This document shows, in pieces, positions 1 through 9,605 of a stretch of DNA of 64,000 nucleotides (positions within the stretch are counted from its first letter, which is position 1; each line of letters begins with the position of its first letter). This DNA is from an uncultured Cardiobacteriaceae bacterium (lineage in GTDB: Bacteria > Pseudomonadota > Gammaproteobacteria > Cardiobacteriales > Cardiobacteriaceae), in contig CAUSKK010000013.1 in the NCBI GenBank assembly GCA_963532425.1, positions 3,931 to 67,930 on the forward strand. Reading direction: 5' to 3'. The notes under the pieces are model-generated. The model was given only the letters and a program-made list of their open reading frames with translations. It was not told where the DNA came from and searched no databases. A program made the translations under genes and the position numbers.

Positions 1-345
1 ATGGACGTGGACAGCCACGATGAAATTCTCGGCGCCACCAGCCATCTGCCCCATCTGCTCGCCTATGTGCTGGTGGACATGCTCGCCTCGGACCTGCAGC
101 ACGAGCAGATTTTTTCCTACGCCGCCGGGGGCTTTCGCGATTTCACCCGGGTGGCCTCCAGCCATCCCACCATGTGGCGCGACATCGCCCTGAACAACAG
201 CGACGTCCTTATCCAACTGCTGGAAACCTACCGCCAGCGCCTTGGCGACCTGCAGCAGCTGCTGCGCACGGGCCGGGGCGATGAGCTGGAAGCGCTTTTC
301 CGCCGGGCCAAAACCGCCCGCGACCAACACTATTCACAGGAGTAA
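1..345 (+). CDS. tyrA: prephenate/arogenate dehydrogenase, C-terminal part (5' end outside window)
   Basis: Frame is open from base 1. 'SHLPHLLAY' and 'GGFRDFTRVASSHPTMWRDI' are TyrA-family motifs. Lies directly upstream of aroA. Confidence 0.8.
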   Translation: MDVDSHDEILGATSHLPHLLAYVLVDMLASDLQHEQIFSYAAGGFRDFTRVASSHPTMWRDIALNNSDVLIQLLETYRQRLGDLQQLLRTGRGDELEALFRRAKTARDQHYSQE

Positions 346-347
346 CC

Positions 348-1664
348 ATGCTTAACTGGCAGAGCCACCCGGCGCAGCGCTTCGGCGGCACGCTGACCGT
401 GGCCGGCGATAAATCCATTTCCCACCGGGCCATCATGTTCGGGGCCCTGGCCGACGGCCCCAGCCATATCCGGGGCTTCCTCGAGGGCGAAGACTGTCTC
501 GCCACCCTGCGCGCCTTCCAGGCCCTGGGCGTGCCCATTGAGCGGCTCGGCCCCGGCGAAGTGCGGGTGCAGGGTGTTGGCATCGATGGCCTTAAAGCCC
601 CGGCGGCGCCACTGGATTTGGGCAACAGCGGCACCAGCATGCGCCTGATGATGGGCATTCTCGCCGGCCAGAAATTTGACAGCGTGCTGGTGGGCGATGA
701 ATCGCTGCAAAAACGGCCCATGCGCCGGGTCAGCGAACCGCTGGCCCTGATGGGTGCCGCCATTGACACCACGCCGGCGGGCACGGCGCCGCTGCATATC
801 CACGGCCGGCCGCTGCGGGCTCTTGATTACGTCCTGCCGGTGGCCAGTGCCCAGCTCAAATCGGCGCTGCTGCTGGCGGCGCTGCAGGCCGAGGGCACCA
901 GCACCATCACCGAACCGGCGGTGAGCCGCGACCACAGCGAACGGATGCTGCGCGGCTTCGGCGTCGAACTGCAGCAGGAGGGCCTGACCCTGCGCCTGCG
1001 CGGCGGCCAGCGCCTGCGCGGCCGGGACGTGCTCGTGCCCGGCGACATTTCCTCGGCGGCCTTTTTCATCGTCGCCGGCCTGCTGGCGGCCGAGGGCGAA
1101 ACCCGGCTGCCCAACGTCGGCATCAATCCCAGCCGCGCCGCCATCATCGACCTGCTGCGCGAGATGGGCGGCCACATTGAGCTGGAGAATGTCCGCGAGG
1201 CCGGCGGGGAGCCGGTGGCCGATGTCATCGTCCGGCCGTCCGCGCTGCACGGCATTGAAATTCCGGCCGCCGCCGTGCCCATTGCCATCGACGAATTTCC
1301 CATTCTGTTCATTGCCGCCGCCGCCGCCGCCGGCACCACCGTGGGCCGTCATCTGCACGAGCTGCGCGTCAAGGAAAGCGACCGGCTCCAGGGCATGGCC
1401 CGCAATCTGGAAGCGCTGGGGGTGCGCTGCCGCGTAGAGGGCGATGACATCTATATAGAGGGCCGGCCCGAGGGCAGCGCCTTCCGGGGGGGACGCGTCG
1501 ATAGCCTCGGCGACCACCGGCTGGCCATGAGCTTTGCCGTGGCCGGCCTGCGGGCGGCGGCTCCCATCGAAATTCTCAACTGTGCCAACGTGGCCACCTC
1601 CTTCCCCACCTTCTTCACCCTGGCCCGCAGTGGCGGCCTCGACCTGCGGAGCGTCGATGCGTAG
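348..1664 (+). CDS. aroA: 3-phosphoshikimate 1-carboxyvinyltransferase (EPSP synthase)
   Basis: 438 aa. Carries the EPSPS motifs 'GDKSISHRA', 'LGNSGTSMRL' and 'LGDHRLAMSFAVAG'. ATG at 348. Confidence 0.95.
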   Translation: MLNWQSHPAQRFGGTLTVAGDKSISHRAIMFGALADGPSHIRGFLEGEDCLATLRAFQALGVPIERLGPGEVRVQGVGIDGLKAPAAPLDLGNSGTSMRLMMGILAGQKFDSVLVGDESLQKRPMRRVSEPLALMGAAIDTTPAGTAPLHIHGRPLRALDYVLPVASAQLKSALLLAALQAEGTSTITEPAVSRDHSERMLRGFGVELQQEGLTLRLRGGQRLRGRDVLVPGDISSAAFFIVAGLLAAEGETRLPNVGINPSRAAIIDLLREMGGHIELENVREAGGEPVADVIVRPSALHGIEIPAAAVPIAIDEFPILFIAAAAAAGTTVGRHLHELRVKESDRLQGMARNLEALGVRCRVEGDDIYIEGRPEGSAFRGGRVDSLGDHRLAMSFAVAGLRAAAPIEILNCANVATSFPTFFTLARSGGLDLRSVDA

Positions 1665-2316
1665 GGTGATTAGCGTCGATGGCCCGGCCGGCGTCGGCAA
1701 GGGCACCCTCTGCCAGCGGCTGGCCCGGGAGCTGGGCTGGGCCTATCTGGACAGCGGCGTCTTCTACCGGCTGCTGGGCCGGGAAGCGCTTCGTCTCGGG
1801 GCGGGTGATGGGGATTTGCCGCTGCCGGCATTGCTGGATTTTCTCGCCACGGCGGCCATTGAATTTCGCCTGCACGAGGGGGGCTATGAGCTGCGGGTCA
1901 ATGGGGCGGCCGTGGGCGCCGAAATCCGCACGGAAACGGTGGCGGCACTGAGTTCCCAGCTGGCGGCCCGGGAGGAGATTCGTACGGCCCTGCTGCACAA
2001 ATTCCGGGCCTTTGCCCCCGGCCAAAACCTGGTGGCCGACGGCCGCGACATGGGTACGGTGGTCTTTCCCGAGGCCCGGCCGAAAATCTTTCTCACGGCC
2101 ACGGCGGAAATTCGCGCCCAGCGGCGCTGGCAACAGTTGAAAGCTCAGGGCGAAAACGCTAATATAAACAAACTTGTAGACGAAATTCGTCAGCGCGATG
2201 AACGCGACCAAAATCGGACGGTGGCCCCGCTGAAACCAGCTTCGGACGCGGTGCTTATCGATACCAGCGCGCTCAGCATTGACGCGGTTTTCCAACAAGT
2301 TTTAGGTCTAATTTAA
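1657..2316 (+). CDS. cmk: cytidylate kinase
   Basis: The ORF track starts at 1534, but the conserved N-terminus 'MRRVISVDGPAGVGKGT' (P-loop) begins at ATG 1657. This overlaps the aroA stop by 8 nt. Confidence 0.93.
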   Translation: MRRVISVDGPAGVGKGTLCQRLARELGWAYLDSGVFYRLLGREALRLGAGDGDLPLPALLDFLATAAIEFRLHEGGYELRVNGAAVGAEIRTETVAALSSQLAAREEIRTALLHKFRAFAPGQNLVADGRDMGTVVFPEARPKIFLTATAEIRAQRRWQQLKAQGENANINKLVDEIRQRDERDQNRTVAPLKPASDAVLIDTSALSIDAVFQQVLGLI

Positions 2317-2352
2317 TTTTTTAACCCTCAATTCCTACGAGAAAATTTATTT

Positions 2353-4017
2353 ATGTCAGAATCTTTTGCTGAACTTTTTGAAAAAAGCATTGAACAAACC
2401 GAACTGAAATCTGGCGCGATTATTAGCGCTGAAGTTGTGGCGATTAACAAAGATTTTGTGGTTTTAAACGCCGGTTTAAAATCTGAAGGTTTTGTTCCTG
2501 TCAGCCAGTTCACCGATGCCCAGGGCAATCTGAAAGTTGCCGTCGGCGATACGGTGGAAGTCGCCCTGAAATCCGTTGAAGACGGTTCCGGTAATATCCT
2601 CGTTTCCCATGAAGACGCCCAACGCCAACGCACCTGGGCCGAACTGGAACAAAAACACGCCTCCGGCGAAATCATCAAAGGTCTGGTTTCCGGCCGGGTT
2701 AAAGGCGGTTTCACCGTGGAAGTGGACGGCATCAAAGCCTTCCTGCCCGGCTCGCTGGTGGACATTCGCACCACCAAGGATGCCAGCCACATCGATGGCA
2801 AAGAGGCCGAATTCAAAATTATTAAATTAGACCAAAAACGCAACAACGTCGTGGTTTCCCGCAAAGCCGTTCTGGAAACCGAACACAAAGCCGAACGGGA
2901 TGAGGTGCTGAAAAACCTGCAGGAGGGCGATGTGGTCAAGGCCGTGGTGAAAAACCTGACCGACTACGGCGCGTTCCTGGACATTGGCGGCGTCGATGGC
3001 CTGCTGCACATCACCGACATGGCCTGGAAACGGGTGAAATACCCCTCCGAAGTGGTGGCCATCGGCCAGGAAGTGGAAGTGAAGGTGCTGAAATTCGACC
3101 GCGAGCGCGGCCGCGTTTCCCTAGGCCTGAAGCAGCTGAGCGCCGACCCCTGGGGCGACATTGCCTCCCGCTTCCCCATTGACAGCCAGCGGCGCGGTAA
3201 GGTTACCAATATTGCCGACTACGGTGCCTTCGTGGAAATCGAAGATGGCGTGGAAGGTCTGGTGCACGTTTCCGAAATGGATTGGACGAACAAAAACGTC
3301 AATCCACGCAAATTTGTTTCCATCGGCCAGGAAGTGGACGTCAAAGTGCTGGATTTTGACCCGGAAAAACGCCGCATTTCCCTGGGCATGAAACAGTGCA
3401 TTCCCAACCCCTGGCAGGAATTCGACAAGAACCACAGCAAGGGCGAAAAAATCAAAGGCCAGATTAAATCCATCACCGACTTCGGCATTTTCATCGGCCT
3501 GGAGGGGGGCATTGACGGCCTGATTCACCAGTCCGATCTGTCCTGGGACGAAACCAACGAGGAGGCCGTGCGCCACTACCAACGCGGCCAGGAAGTGGAA
3601 GCGGTTATCATCGGCATCGACCCCGCCCGGGAACGCATCTCCCTGGGCATCAAACAGCTGACCCAGGACCACTTCTCCAACTACGTAACCGCCCACGGCC
3701 GGGGTAGCACCGTGAAGGGTGTGGTGGAAAGCGTCGATGAGCGTCAGGCTACCATCAATCTGGGCGATGGCATCAATGGTTCACTGAAAGCCAGTGAGGC
3801 CGCCATTGAGCGCGTCGATGACCTGAGCAAGGTACTGAAGGTGGGCGATGAGATTGAAGCCAAAGTCATCAACATCGACCGCCGCAGCAAGGTGATTGGC
3901 CTGTCCATTCGGGCCCTGGCGGTGGCAGAGGAGAAATCGGCCATCAAGGAGTACACCCGTCGGGAAAACCAATCGGGCACCTCCCTGGGCGACATCTTCA
4001 AAGAACTGCAAGAATAA
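2353..4017 (+). CDS. rpsA: 30S ribosomal protein S1
   Basis: 554 aa with repeated S1 domains ('G..V.G.V..I.D.GAFV.I..G..GL.H.SE'). Canonical cmk-rpsA-ihfB order. Confidence 0.97.
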   Translation: MSESFAELFEKSIEQTELKSGAIISAEVVAINKDFVVLNAGLKSEGFVPVSQFTDAQGNLKVAVGDTVEVALKSVEDGSGNILVSHEDAQRQRTWAELEQKHASGEIIKGLVSGRVKGGFTVEVDGIKAFLPGSLVDIRTTKDASHIDGKEAEFKIIKLDQKRNNVVVSRKAVLETEHKAERDEVLKNLQEGDVVKAVVKNLTDYGAFLDIGGVDGLLHITDMAWKRVKYPSEVVAIGQEVEVKVLKFDRERGRVSLGLKQLSADPWGDIASRFPIDSQRRGKVTNIADYGAFVEIEDGVEGLVHVSEMDWTNKNVNPRKFVSIGQEVDVKVLDFDPEKRRISLGMKQCIPNPWQEFDKNHSKGEKIKGQIKSITDFGIFIGLEGGIDGLIHQSDLSWDETNEEAVRHYQRGQEVEAVIIGIDPARERISLGIKQLTQDHFSNYVTAHGRGSTVKGVVESVDERQATINLGDGINGSLKASEAAIERVDDLSKVLKVGDEIEAKVINIDRRSKVIGLSIRALAVAEEKSAIKEYTRRENQSGTSLGDIFKELQE

Positions 4018-4082
4018 CAAGAACTTGCACCCACGGAACCGCCACTTCGGTGGCGGTCTTTTCTTTTAAACCGGAGAATCTT

Positions 4083-4361
4083 ATGACCAAATCTGAACTG
4101 ATTGAACGCCTGAGCCTCAAATACGAAAACCTTCGCATTCAGGAGGTGGAAAGCGCGGTAAAACTCATCATCGACAAAATCAGCCAAAGTTTAGAGAAGG
4201 GCGACCGCATCGAAATTCGCGGTTTCGGAAGTTTCTCTTTGCACCAGCGCGACAAACGCAACGGCCGCAATCCCAAAACCGGCGAGGCGGTGAAGGTGGA
4301 GGCCAAATCCATTCCCTATTTCCGGGCCGGCAAGGGGCTGCGCGAAGATGTGGACCGTTAA
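4083..4361 (+). CDS. ihfB: integration host factor beta subunit
   Basis: 'MTKSELIERL' start at ATG 4083. 'GFGSFSLHQRDKRNGRNPKTGE' is the IHF/HU beta-arm motif. Confidence 0.95.
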   Translation: MTKSELIERLSLKYENLRIQEVESAVKLIIDKISQSLEKGDRIEIRGFGSFSLHQRDKRNGRNPKTGEAVKVEAKSIPYFRAGKGLREDVDR

Positions 4362-5076
4362 GTCAGGGCGCGCTCGAGCGCCTTTTTTTGTGGCCGAGGA
4401 TAAGCCCAAAACCCCGCGAAAATCCCCAGCCAAAACGACCGGCAAAACGCCGAGCCAGCGGGCCGCCCAGGAAAAACTCACGACCCAGGCTCTGAAAATT
4501 CTGCAGAAAAAAAATAAAACCCTGGCCGACTGGTTCAAACTGCTGGCCTTGGCCGGGGCCGCCATCGGTGCGACGGTCTTCGGTCTCGGCGGCCGTTCGG
4601 AGGCCCCGGCTGCAACTACGCCGGCGGCGGCGGTGAGCAAGGGCGCCCGGCTGAGCTGCCGGCTGGAACAGGTGCTGGACGGCGACACTGTGCGCGCCCA
4701 GTGCGGCGGCCAGACGGTGAAAATTCGTCTGGACGGCATCGACGCCCCGGAAAGCAAGCAGCTGCCCTGGGGCAGCCGGGCCCGGGAGGCGCTACAAACC
4801 CTGCTGCGGGGGGAGCGCTTCGAGCTGGAGAGCAAGGGCGCCGACTACTACAACCGCACCCTCGGCACCCTCTACGTGGGCAGTAAAAATATCAATCTAA
4901 CCCTGGTGCAGCAGGGCCAGGCCGTGGCCTATGACTTCGCCAAAAGCTGCAGCCGCAAGAAAAAGCCCAGCATCTACTGTGAGGCCCACGAGGAGGCCCA
5001 GCGCCGGGGCATCGGCCTGTGGTCGGAGCCCGGCGACCAGCAGGACCCGAAAAAATGGCGCAAGGCCAATCTCTAG
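4348..5076 (+). CDS. membrane-anchored staphylococcal-nuclease-like (thermonuclease/SNase) protein
   Basis: 'VLDGDTV...VKIRLDGIDAPE', 'YYNRTLGTLY' and 'LVQQGQAVAY' are SNase motifs. A lysine-rich N-terminus is followed by one hydrophobic helix. The start is uncertain: ATG 4348 lies inside ihfB and upstream of its terminator, and in-frame GTG 4390 is an alternative. Confidence 0.75.
   Translation: MWTVKSGRARAPFFVAEDKPKTPRKSPAKTTGKTPSQRAAQEKLTTQALKILQKKNKTLADWFKLLALAGAAIGATVFGLGGRSEAPAATTPAAAVSKGARLSCRLEQVLDGDTVRAQCGGQTVKIRLDGIDAPESKQLPWGSRAREALQTLLRGERFELESKGADYYNRTLGTLYVGSKNINLTLVQQGQAVAYDFAKSCSRKKKPSIYCEAHEEAQRRGIGLWSEPGDQQDPKKWRKANL
4366..4389 (+). terminator. putative intrinsic terminator after ihfB
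   Basis: GGCGC...GCGCC stem followed by a T7 run immediately after the ihfB stop. Confidence 0.6.
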
Positions 5077-5208
5077 GATTCTGGCCGGCCCGAGGGGGAA
5101 GCGCTTCGTTCTGAACCGACGGAACGGAGCGCTTTTTCTTGGGTACGCGGAAAATCCGCCCCGACCCGCCGGTGCTATGCTGTAGAAAAACGTTTCGGAG
5201 AACAGCCT

Positions 5209-6156
5209 ATGAACCTAGACCACCCCAGTATCCGCGCCCTGCTGACGGCAGCGATGGCGGCGCCCTCGGGCCACAACAGCCAGCCCTGGCTATTTCACCT
5301 TGGCCCCGAGACCATTCAACTGCGCCCGGATTTCCGCCGGGCCCTGCCGGTGGTAGACCCGGAACGGCGCGAGCTCTTCATCAGTCTGGGCTGTGCCCTG
5401 GAAAATCTCTGCATTCAGGCCAGCACCCTGCAGCTGGCGCCCCAGGTTAGCCTTAGCCCCGAGGCCATCACGGTGCGTCTGGAACCCTCGGCCCTGGTGG
5501 AACCGGACCCGCTGGCCGAAGCTATCTTTCGGCGCCAGAGCAACCGCAGCCTCTACGATGGCCGCCCCATTCCTCCGGCGCTGCTGGCGCCGCTGCTAAA
5601 ACCCTCGGCCGACACCACCATTCACGCCTATGGCCGGGGCACGGCCGATTTCCAACGGCTGGCCGATGCCGTTCGGCGGGGCAACGAGGCCCAGATGGGC
5701 GACCCGGCCTTCCGCGCCGAGCTCCTGTCCTGGATACGCTTCAACCGGGCCCACAGTCTGGCCACCCGCGACGGTCTCAGCAACGCCGTGCTCGGGGCTC
5801 CGAATCTGCCGCGCTGGCTGTCCCGGCTGATTGTGCGGAGCATGCTCAACGCCCGCACCCAGAACCGGGCCGACGCCCGTCAGCTGGCCCGCTGTTCCCA
5901 TCTGCTGCTGCTCAGCACCGCCGGGGACGACCCCACCAGCTGGATTAGCTGTGGCCGCAGCCTGCAGCGGCTGCTGCTGGGCCTGACCGCCGCCGGCATC
6001 GCCGCCGCCTATCTCAATCAACCCTGTGAGGTGCCAGCCCTGCGCGCCGAACTGGCCGACGTTCTGGGGGCCCGGCCGCAAATCCTGCTGCGCATCGGCT
6101 ACGGCCACAAACAGGCCTATTCGCTGCGCCGGCCGCTGGAAGCGCTGGTGGACTAG
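5209..6156 (+). CDS. nitroreductase-family FMN oxidoreductase
   Basis: 315 aa. 'AAPSGHNSQPW' is the nitroreductase N-terminal motif. GC3-rich codon usage. Confidence 0.7.
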   Translation: MNLDHPSIRALLTAAMAAPSGHNSQPWLFHLGPETIQLRPDFRRALPVVDPERRELFISLGCALENLCIQASTLQLAPQVSLSPEAITVRLEPSALVEPDPLAEAIFRRQSNRSLYDGRPIPPALLAPLLKPSADTTIHAYGRGTADFQRLADAVRRGNEAQMGDPAFRAELLSWIRFNRAHSLATRDGLSNAVLGAPNLPRWLSRLIVRSMLNARTQNRADARQLARCSHLLLLSTAGDDPTSWISCGRSLQRLLLGLTAAGIAAAYLNQPCEVPALRAELADVLGARPQILLRIGYGHKQAYSLRRPLEALVD

Positions 6157-6165
6157 GCCGTCGCC

Positions 6166-6984
6166 ATGGGGAAACGACTGCTGCTCCTGCTACTTCTGCT
6201 GCCGGCGGCCCTGCTGCTGCTCGGCTGCGCCCTGCAGGAAAAATTACTGTTCTACCCCCGGTCGCTGCCGGCCGACCTGACATTCAGCGCCCCGGCCGGC
6301 GCCCCCTTCAGCCTGACGGAAATCCGCCTGCCGGTGGCCGGCGCCGAACTGTCCGGTGCCCACCTGGCCCTGCCCCGGCCCCGGGGTGCCCTGCTCTTCC
6401 TGCACGGCAACGCCGGTGCCCTTGACGGCTGGCTGCCGACGGTGGCGCCGCTGACCGGCCTCGGCTGGGACGTCTACGTCTTCGACTATCGCGGCTTCGG
6501 CAAAAGCAGCGGCCACATCCGCAGCCAGGCCGAACTGCTGGCCGACAGCGAGGCCATGTTCGCCCGGGTGCGCGCCGATTTTCCCGCCGGACCCATCGTG
6601 CCGGTGGGCTATTCCATCGGCAGTGGCCTAGCCGCCCATCTGGCCCAGCGCGAACGGCTGCCGACGGTCATTCTCCTTGCCCCCTACTCCTCCCTGGCCG
6701 AGCTGGTCCGGGAGAAGGCGCCCTGGCTGCCGAGCTTCCTCCTGCGCTATCCCCTGCCCAGCGCCGACTATCTGGCCGCCGCCCCCGGCACGGTTACGCT
6801 TATCCACGGCACCGCCGACAGCCTCATTCCCCCGGCCCACAGCCAGCGCCTGCAAAAACGCCTCGGCGCCCGGGCCCGGCTGGTGCTGCTGCCTGCCGAC
6901 CATCAATCACTGCTCAGCGCCCCCGGCCTGCTGCCGGCCCTGGCCGAAGCGCTTCCCCCGGCCCCATCGTCCCCAACCCCCTAG
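6166..6984 (+). CDS. alpha/beta hydrolase, probable lipoprotein
   Basis: Lipobox-like 'LLLLGCAL'. 'LFLHGNAG' oxyanion region, 'GYSIGSG' nucleophile elbow, and late 'HGTADSLIP' and 'DH'. Confidence 0.8.
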   Translation: MGKRLLLLLLLLPAALLLLGCALQEKLLFYPRSLPADLTFSAPAGAPFSLTEIRLPVAGAELSGAHLALPRPRGALLFLHGNAGALDGWLPTVAPLTGLGWDVYVFDYRGFGKSSGHIRSQAELLADSEAMFARVRADFPAGPIVPVGYSIGSGLAAHLAQRERLPTVILLAPYSSLAELVREKAPWLPSFLLRYPLPSADYLAAAPGTVTLIHGTADSLIPPAHSQRLQKRLGARARLVLLPADHQSLLSAPGLLPALAEALPPAPSSPTP

Positions 6985-6993
6985 CTCCAGGCC

Positions 6994-7755
6994 GAAGCGC
7001 TTCGTTTTCGCCCACATTGTGGAGGGAAGCGCTTCATCAAAATCCGACTCCCCAGCCCGAAGCGCTCCCCTTTTTAGTACCCACCGCCGGACGGCGAAGC
7101 GCTTCCCCCTAGTCTAGGCAGCTGGGCTAGCTGTCCAAAGCGCTTCGGTTCGGCCGGCCTTTTCTTCCGAAGGAAGCGGTGGTTCCACTGCCTTGCCGCT
7201 CGCTGCGCTGAAGCGCTTCCCTCCCCTTAAATCTGGGCCCGCCAGAGGAAGCGCTTCGCTCTCACCGCCTGCTCCCTCTGAAATATTCTCGGCCCGGGCT
7301 TGAAACGACCGTTTGATTATCTTGGCCGATTCAGCGGGCTGGGCCGGGCGAAGCGCTTCGGGTGAAATGGCCTTTTCTTTCGCGATTGCGCCCCGTCGGA
7401 CGTTTTTACGAAGCGCTTCGGCTTGAACCGTCCCTTTGGTAGCTAAAGAAAGCGCTTCGCTCGGTTCTCACTCGTTTGAATTGGCGGTGGGAAACGCTCC
7501 CCTTTCCCAGCCCTAGCAAAGCGAAGCGCTTCGGCGTTTTGGCCCTTTGGGAAACGAAGCGCTCCCCTCGGCCCGGGTTTGGCCGTTCGATTGTCCCGAC
7601 TCATTTAGTGGGATTAGCAGGCTGAAGCGCTTCTGTCTGGACTTTCAGACCGAAGCGCTTCGGTTTCGCGGCCGAGGTTTAGAGGATGGGAAGGGGGCGG
7701 GAACCGGTGAAACGCTCATCCTGCCGATAGCGATTTAGCCAACCGAAGCGCTCCT
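6994..7755. repeat. array A of GAAGCGCTTC palindromes (10 exact plus 5 one-mismatch copies)
   Basis: Manual scan. Copies are spaced ~25-100 bp apart in a non-coding 3'-3' gap. ORF-track peptides here are KRF/EALR/SAS artefacts of the palindrome. Confidence 0.9.
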
Positions 7756-7908
7756 CTCTTTCAAATTAGACTGGAATTTTAAGGAAGCACTCGGCGGGCA
7801 GCGGGACGGCGGCCCGGGAGCAAAAGAGAGTTTTTTCCCATGACGTTTTCCCACATGAAAAAAGATTTTTAGCCATTGCTCCCTATTTCGGGGGGCCAAA
7901 ATGGGGCT

Positions 7909-8103
7909 CTAGTCCGTCGGTTCCTGTTTGTCCCAGCTCAGGTCCAGTTTCTTCTTCCGCCGCTGTTTAAGAGTGATGAGTGCCGGCGGCAGTTCCCGTA
8001 GCCGGTTCATGTCCAAATCCAGGGTTTCCAGATTCTCCAAATTGCCCAGTTCCGGCGGTACTTCCTGCAGCTGGTTACCACTCAGAATCGGATATCCAGA
8101 TAT
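7909..8103 (-). pseudogene. out-of-frame 3' continuation of the LRR gene
   Basis: A minus-strand frame open from 8103 to TAG at 7909-7911 reads 'LSGNQLQEVPPELGNLENLETLDLDMNRLRELPPALITLKQRRKKKLDLSWDKQEPTD*'. This is two more canonical LRRs plus a tail, shifted by -1 relative to 8082..9503. Confidence 0.8.
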
Positions 8104-9503
8104 CTAAGGTCTCGCAAATTCCCCAGTTCCGGCGGCAGCTGGGTCAGAGCATTGCATCTCAGGGTAAGCCACTCAAGCTCCGGTAAATTACCCAATTCCA
8201 ATGGCAGCTCCCGTAGTTCATTGCTTTCCAGATGTAACCATTTCAGTTGCTTCAAGCCCCCCAGCTCCGGCGGCAGCTGGGTCAGAGCGTTATGGCCTAA
8301 ATAGAGATGCTCCAATTGGTCGAGCTGACCCAGCGTTGGCGGTAGCTCCCGTAGTCTGTTCCAATCCAATTTTAGCGTTTTCAGGTTTCGTAAATTCCCC
8401 AGTGCCGGCGGTAATTTCTCTAGGCCAACATTCTCCAAACTCAAAAATTTCAATTTATGTAAATTGACCAGCTCCGGGGGCAGCTGCTTCAGCGCTTTGC
8501 AATAATCCAGACGAAGGGTCTCCAAGCAAGGGAGCTGACCCATGACCGGCGGCAGCTCCTGCAGCGGATTGCTTTGCAAGTACAACTCTGTCAAGTGTTC
8601 CAGTTTGGCCAGACTCTCCGGCAGAAAAACGATAGCGTTGTGGGAAAGGTTAAGGATTTTTAGATTCTGCAGCTCGCTAATTTCCGGCGGTAGATAGGTG
8701 ATAACTCGCTGTTTGTCGGCTTCATCGTCATCCGGGTCGGCTATATATTTTAGGTTGAGCTCCCTGAGCCGCTGCAGGGCGACCCGGTCGCGGGGGAACT
8801 TGTCCCAGCTGATGTTAAATTCATCGGCCCAGTCGTAGAGGGCCTGGAAATTCTCATCGTCTTCTCGAAACAAATCCTTGTCGTCCACCTTAATATCTGG
8901 CAGCCAGTTGCTCATACGGTGAAGCACTTTAATCCCCTCCGGCAGCTGCTCCAGCGGATTGGCACGTAGGTCGAGAGTAAGTCTGGCCCGCTTGGGCAGC
9001 TCGGCAATTCCAGCCGGCAGCCGGGTCAGCCGGTTGTTCGGCAGCAGGATATTTTCCAGCCGGGGCAGCCGGGGGCCAAAAATGGCCGGCAGTTCGACGA
9101 GCTCGTTGTGGCCGAGGTCGAGGGTCTCCAGGCGCAGCAGGCCGACCAGCTCTGGTGGCAGCCGGCCTAGCCGGTTATGGTTCAGGCGGAGAACCTGCAG
9201 CCGGTGCAACTGGCCAATTTCGGCGGGGATTTCCGTCAGCCGGTTATTGCTTACATCCAGCTCGGTCAGGGTTGACAGCTGGCCCAGTTCCGCCGGCAGG
9301 CTTTCCAAACCGCTATGGCTGAGGTTCAGCGTGCGCAGTTTCTTGAGCGCGGCCAGTTCCGGCGGCAGCGACGCCAGGACCAGGCCGGATAAATCCAAGA
9401 CGGCCAGCTTTTCCAGGGCCTCCGGGTCGCGGGGGAAGCGCTCGGCGGGCAAGCCAGCGGCATCGGCCCAGGAGCAGAGACTATCAAACGAAGCTTTTTT
9501 CAT
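8082..9503 (-). CDS. leucine-rich repeat protein, two LRR modules (C-terminally truncated by frameshift)
   Basis: 473 aa with ~23-residue repeats 'L..L..L.L..N.L..LP.E(L/I)G.L'. Each module follows a cap of the form 'W-AD....(W)..FPRD..AL..L..L(D/N)L'. Confidence 0.9.
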   Translation of the reverse strand: MKKASFDSLCSWADAAGLPAERFPRDPEALEKLAVLDLSGLVLASLPPELAALKKLRTLNLSHSGLESLPAELGQLSTLTELDVSNNRLTEIPAEIGQLHRLQVLRLNHNRLGRLPPELVGLLRLETLDLGHNELVELPAIFGPRLPRLENILLPNNRLTRLPAGIAELPKRARLTLDLRANPLEQLPEGIKVLHRMSNWLPDIKVDDKDLFREDDENFQALYDWADEFNISWDKFPRDRVALQRLRELNLKYIADPDDDEADKQRVITYLPPEISELQNLKILNLSHNAIVFLPESLAKLEHLTELYLQSNPLQELPPVMGQLPCLETLRLDYCKALKQLPPELVNLHKLKFLSLENVGLEKLPPALGNLRNLKTLKLDWNRLRELPPTLGQLDQLEHLYLGHNALTQLPPELGGLKQLKWLHLESNELRELPLELGNLPELEWLTLRCNALTQLPPELGNLRDLRYLDIRF

Positions 9504-9572
9504 GGTTTTTCCTTAATGGGAAGGGATTCACTCGATTAATACGGGATAAAACCGACCGAAGCGCTTCCCCCA

Positions 9573-9598
9573 TAAAAAAACCCGCCCGGGGGCGGGGT
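9573..9598 (-). terminator. intrinsic terminator after the AAA+ gene
   Basis: The minus strand reads CCCGCC-CCCG-GGCGGG followed by T7. It sits 8 nt after the TAA at 9606-9608. Confidence 0.75.
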
Positions 9599-9605
9599 TT
9601 GGGAT

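Noticed and set aside
4191-4835. A 214-aa minus-strand ORF overlapping ihfB and the nuclease gene, along with similar 60-160-aa ORFs throughout the track.
   Set aside because: It overlaps two plus-strand genes with clear family motifs, has Ser/Arg/Pro-rich low-complexity sequence, and has no start context.
7760-7908. The unassigned 150-bp stretch between array A and the LRR tail (moderate GC, a few short hairpins), considered as a possible sRNA.
   Set aside because: It has no promoter-like or terminator-like signals and no conserved structure I could fold by hand. There is insufficient evidence.
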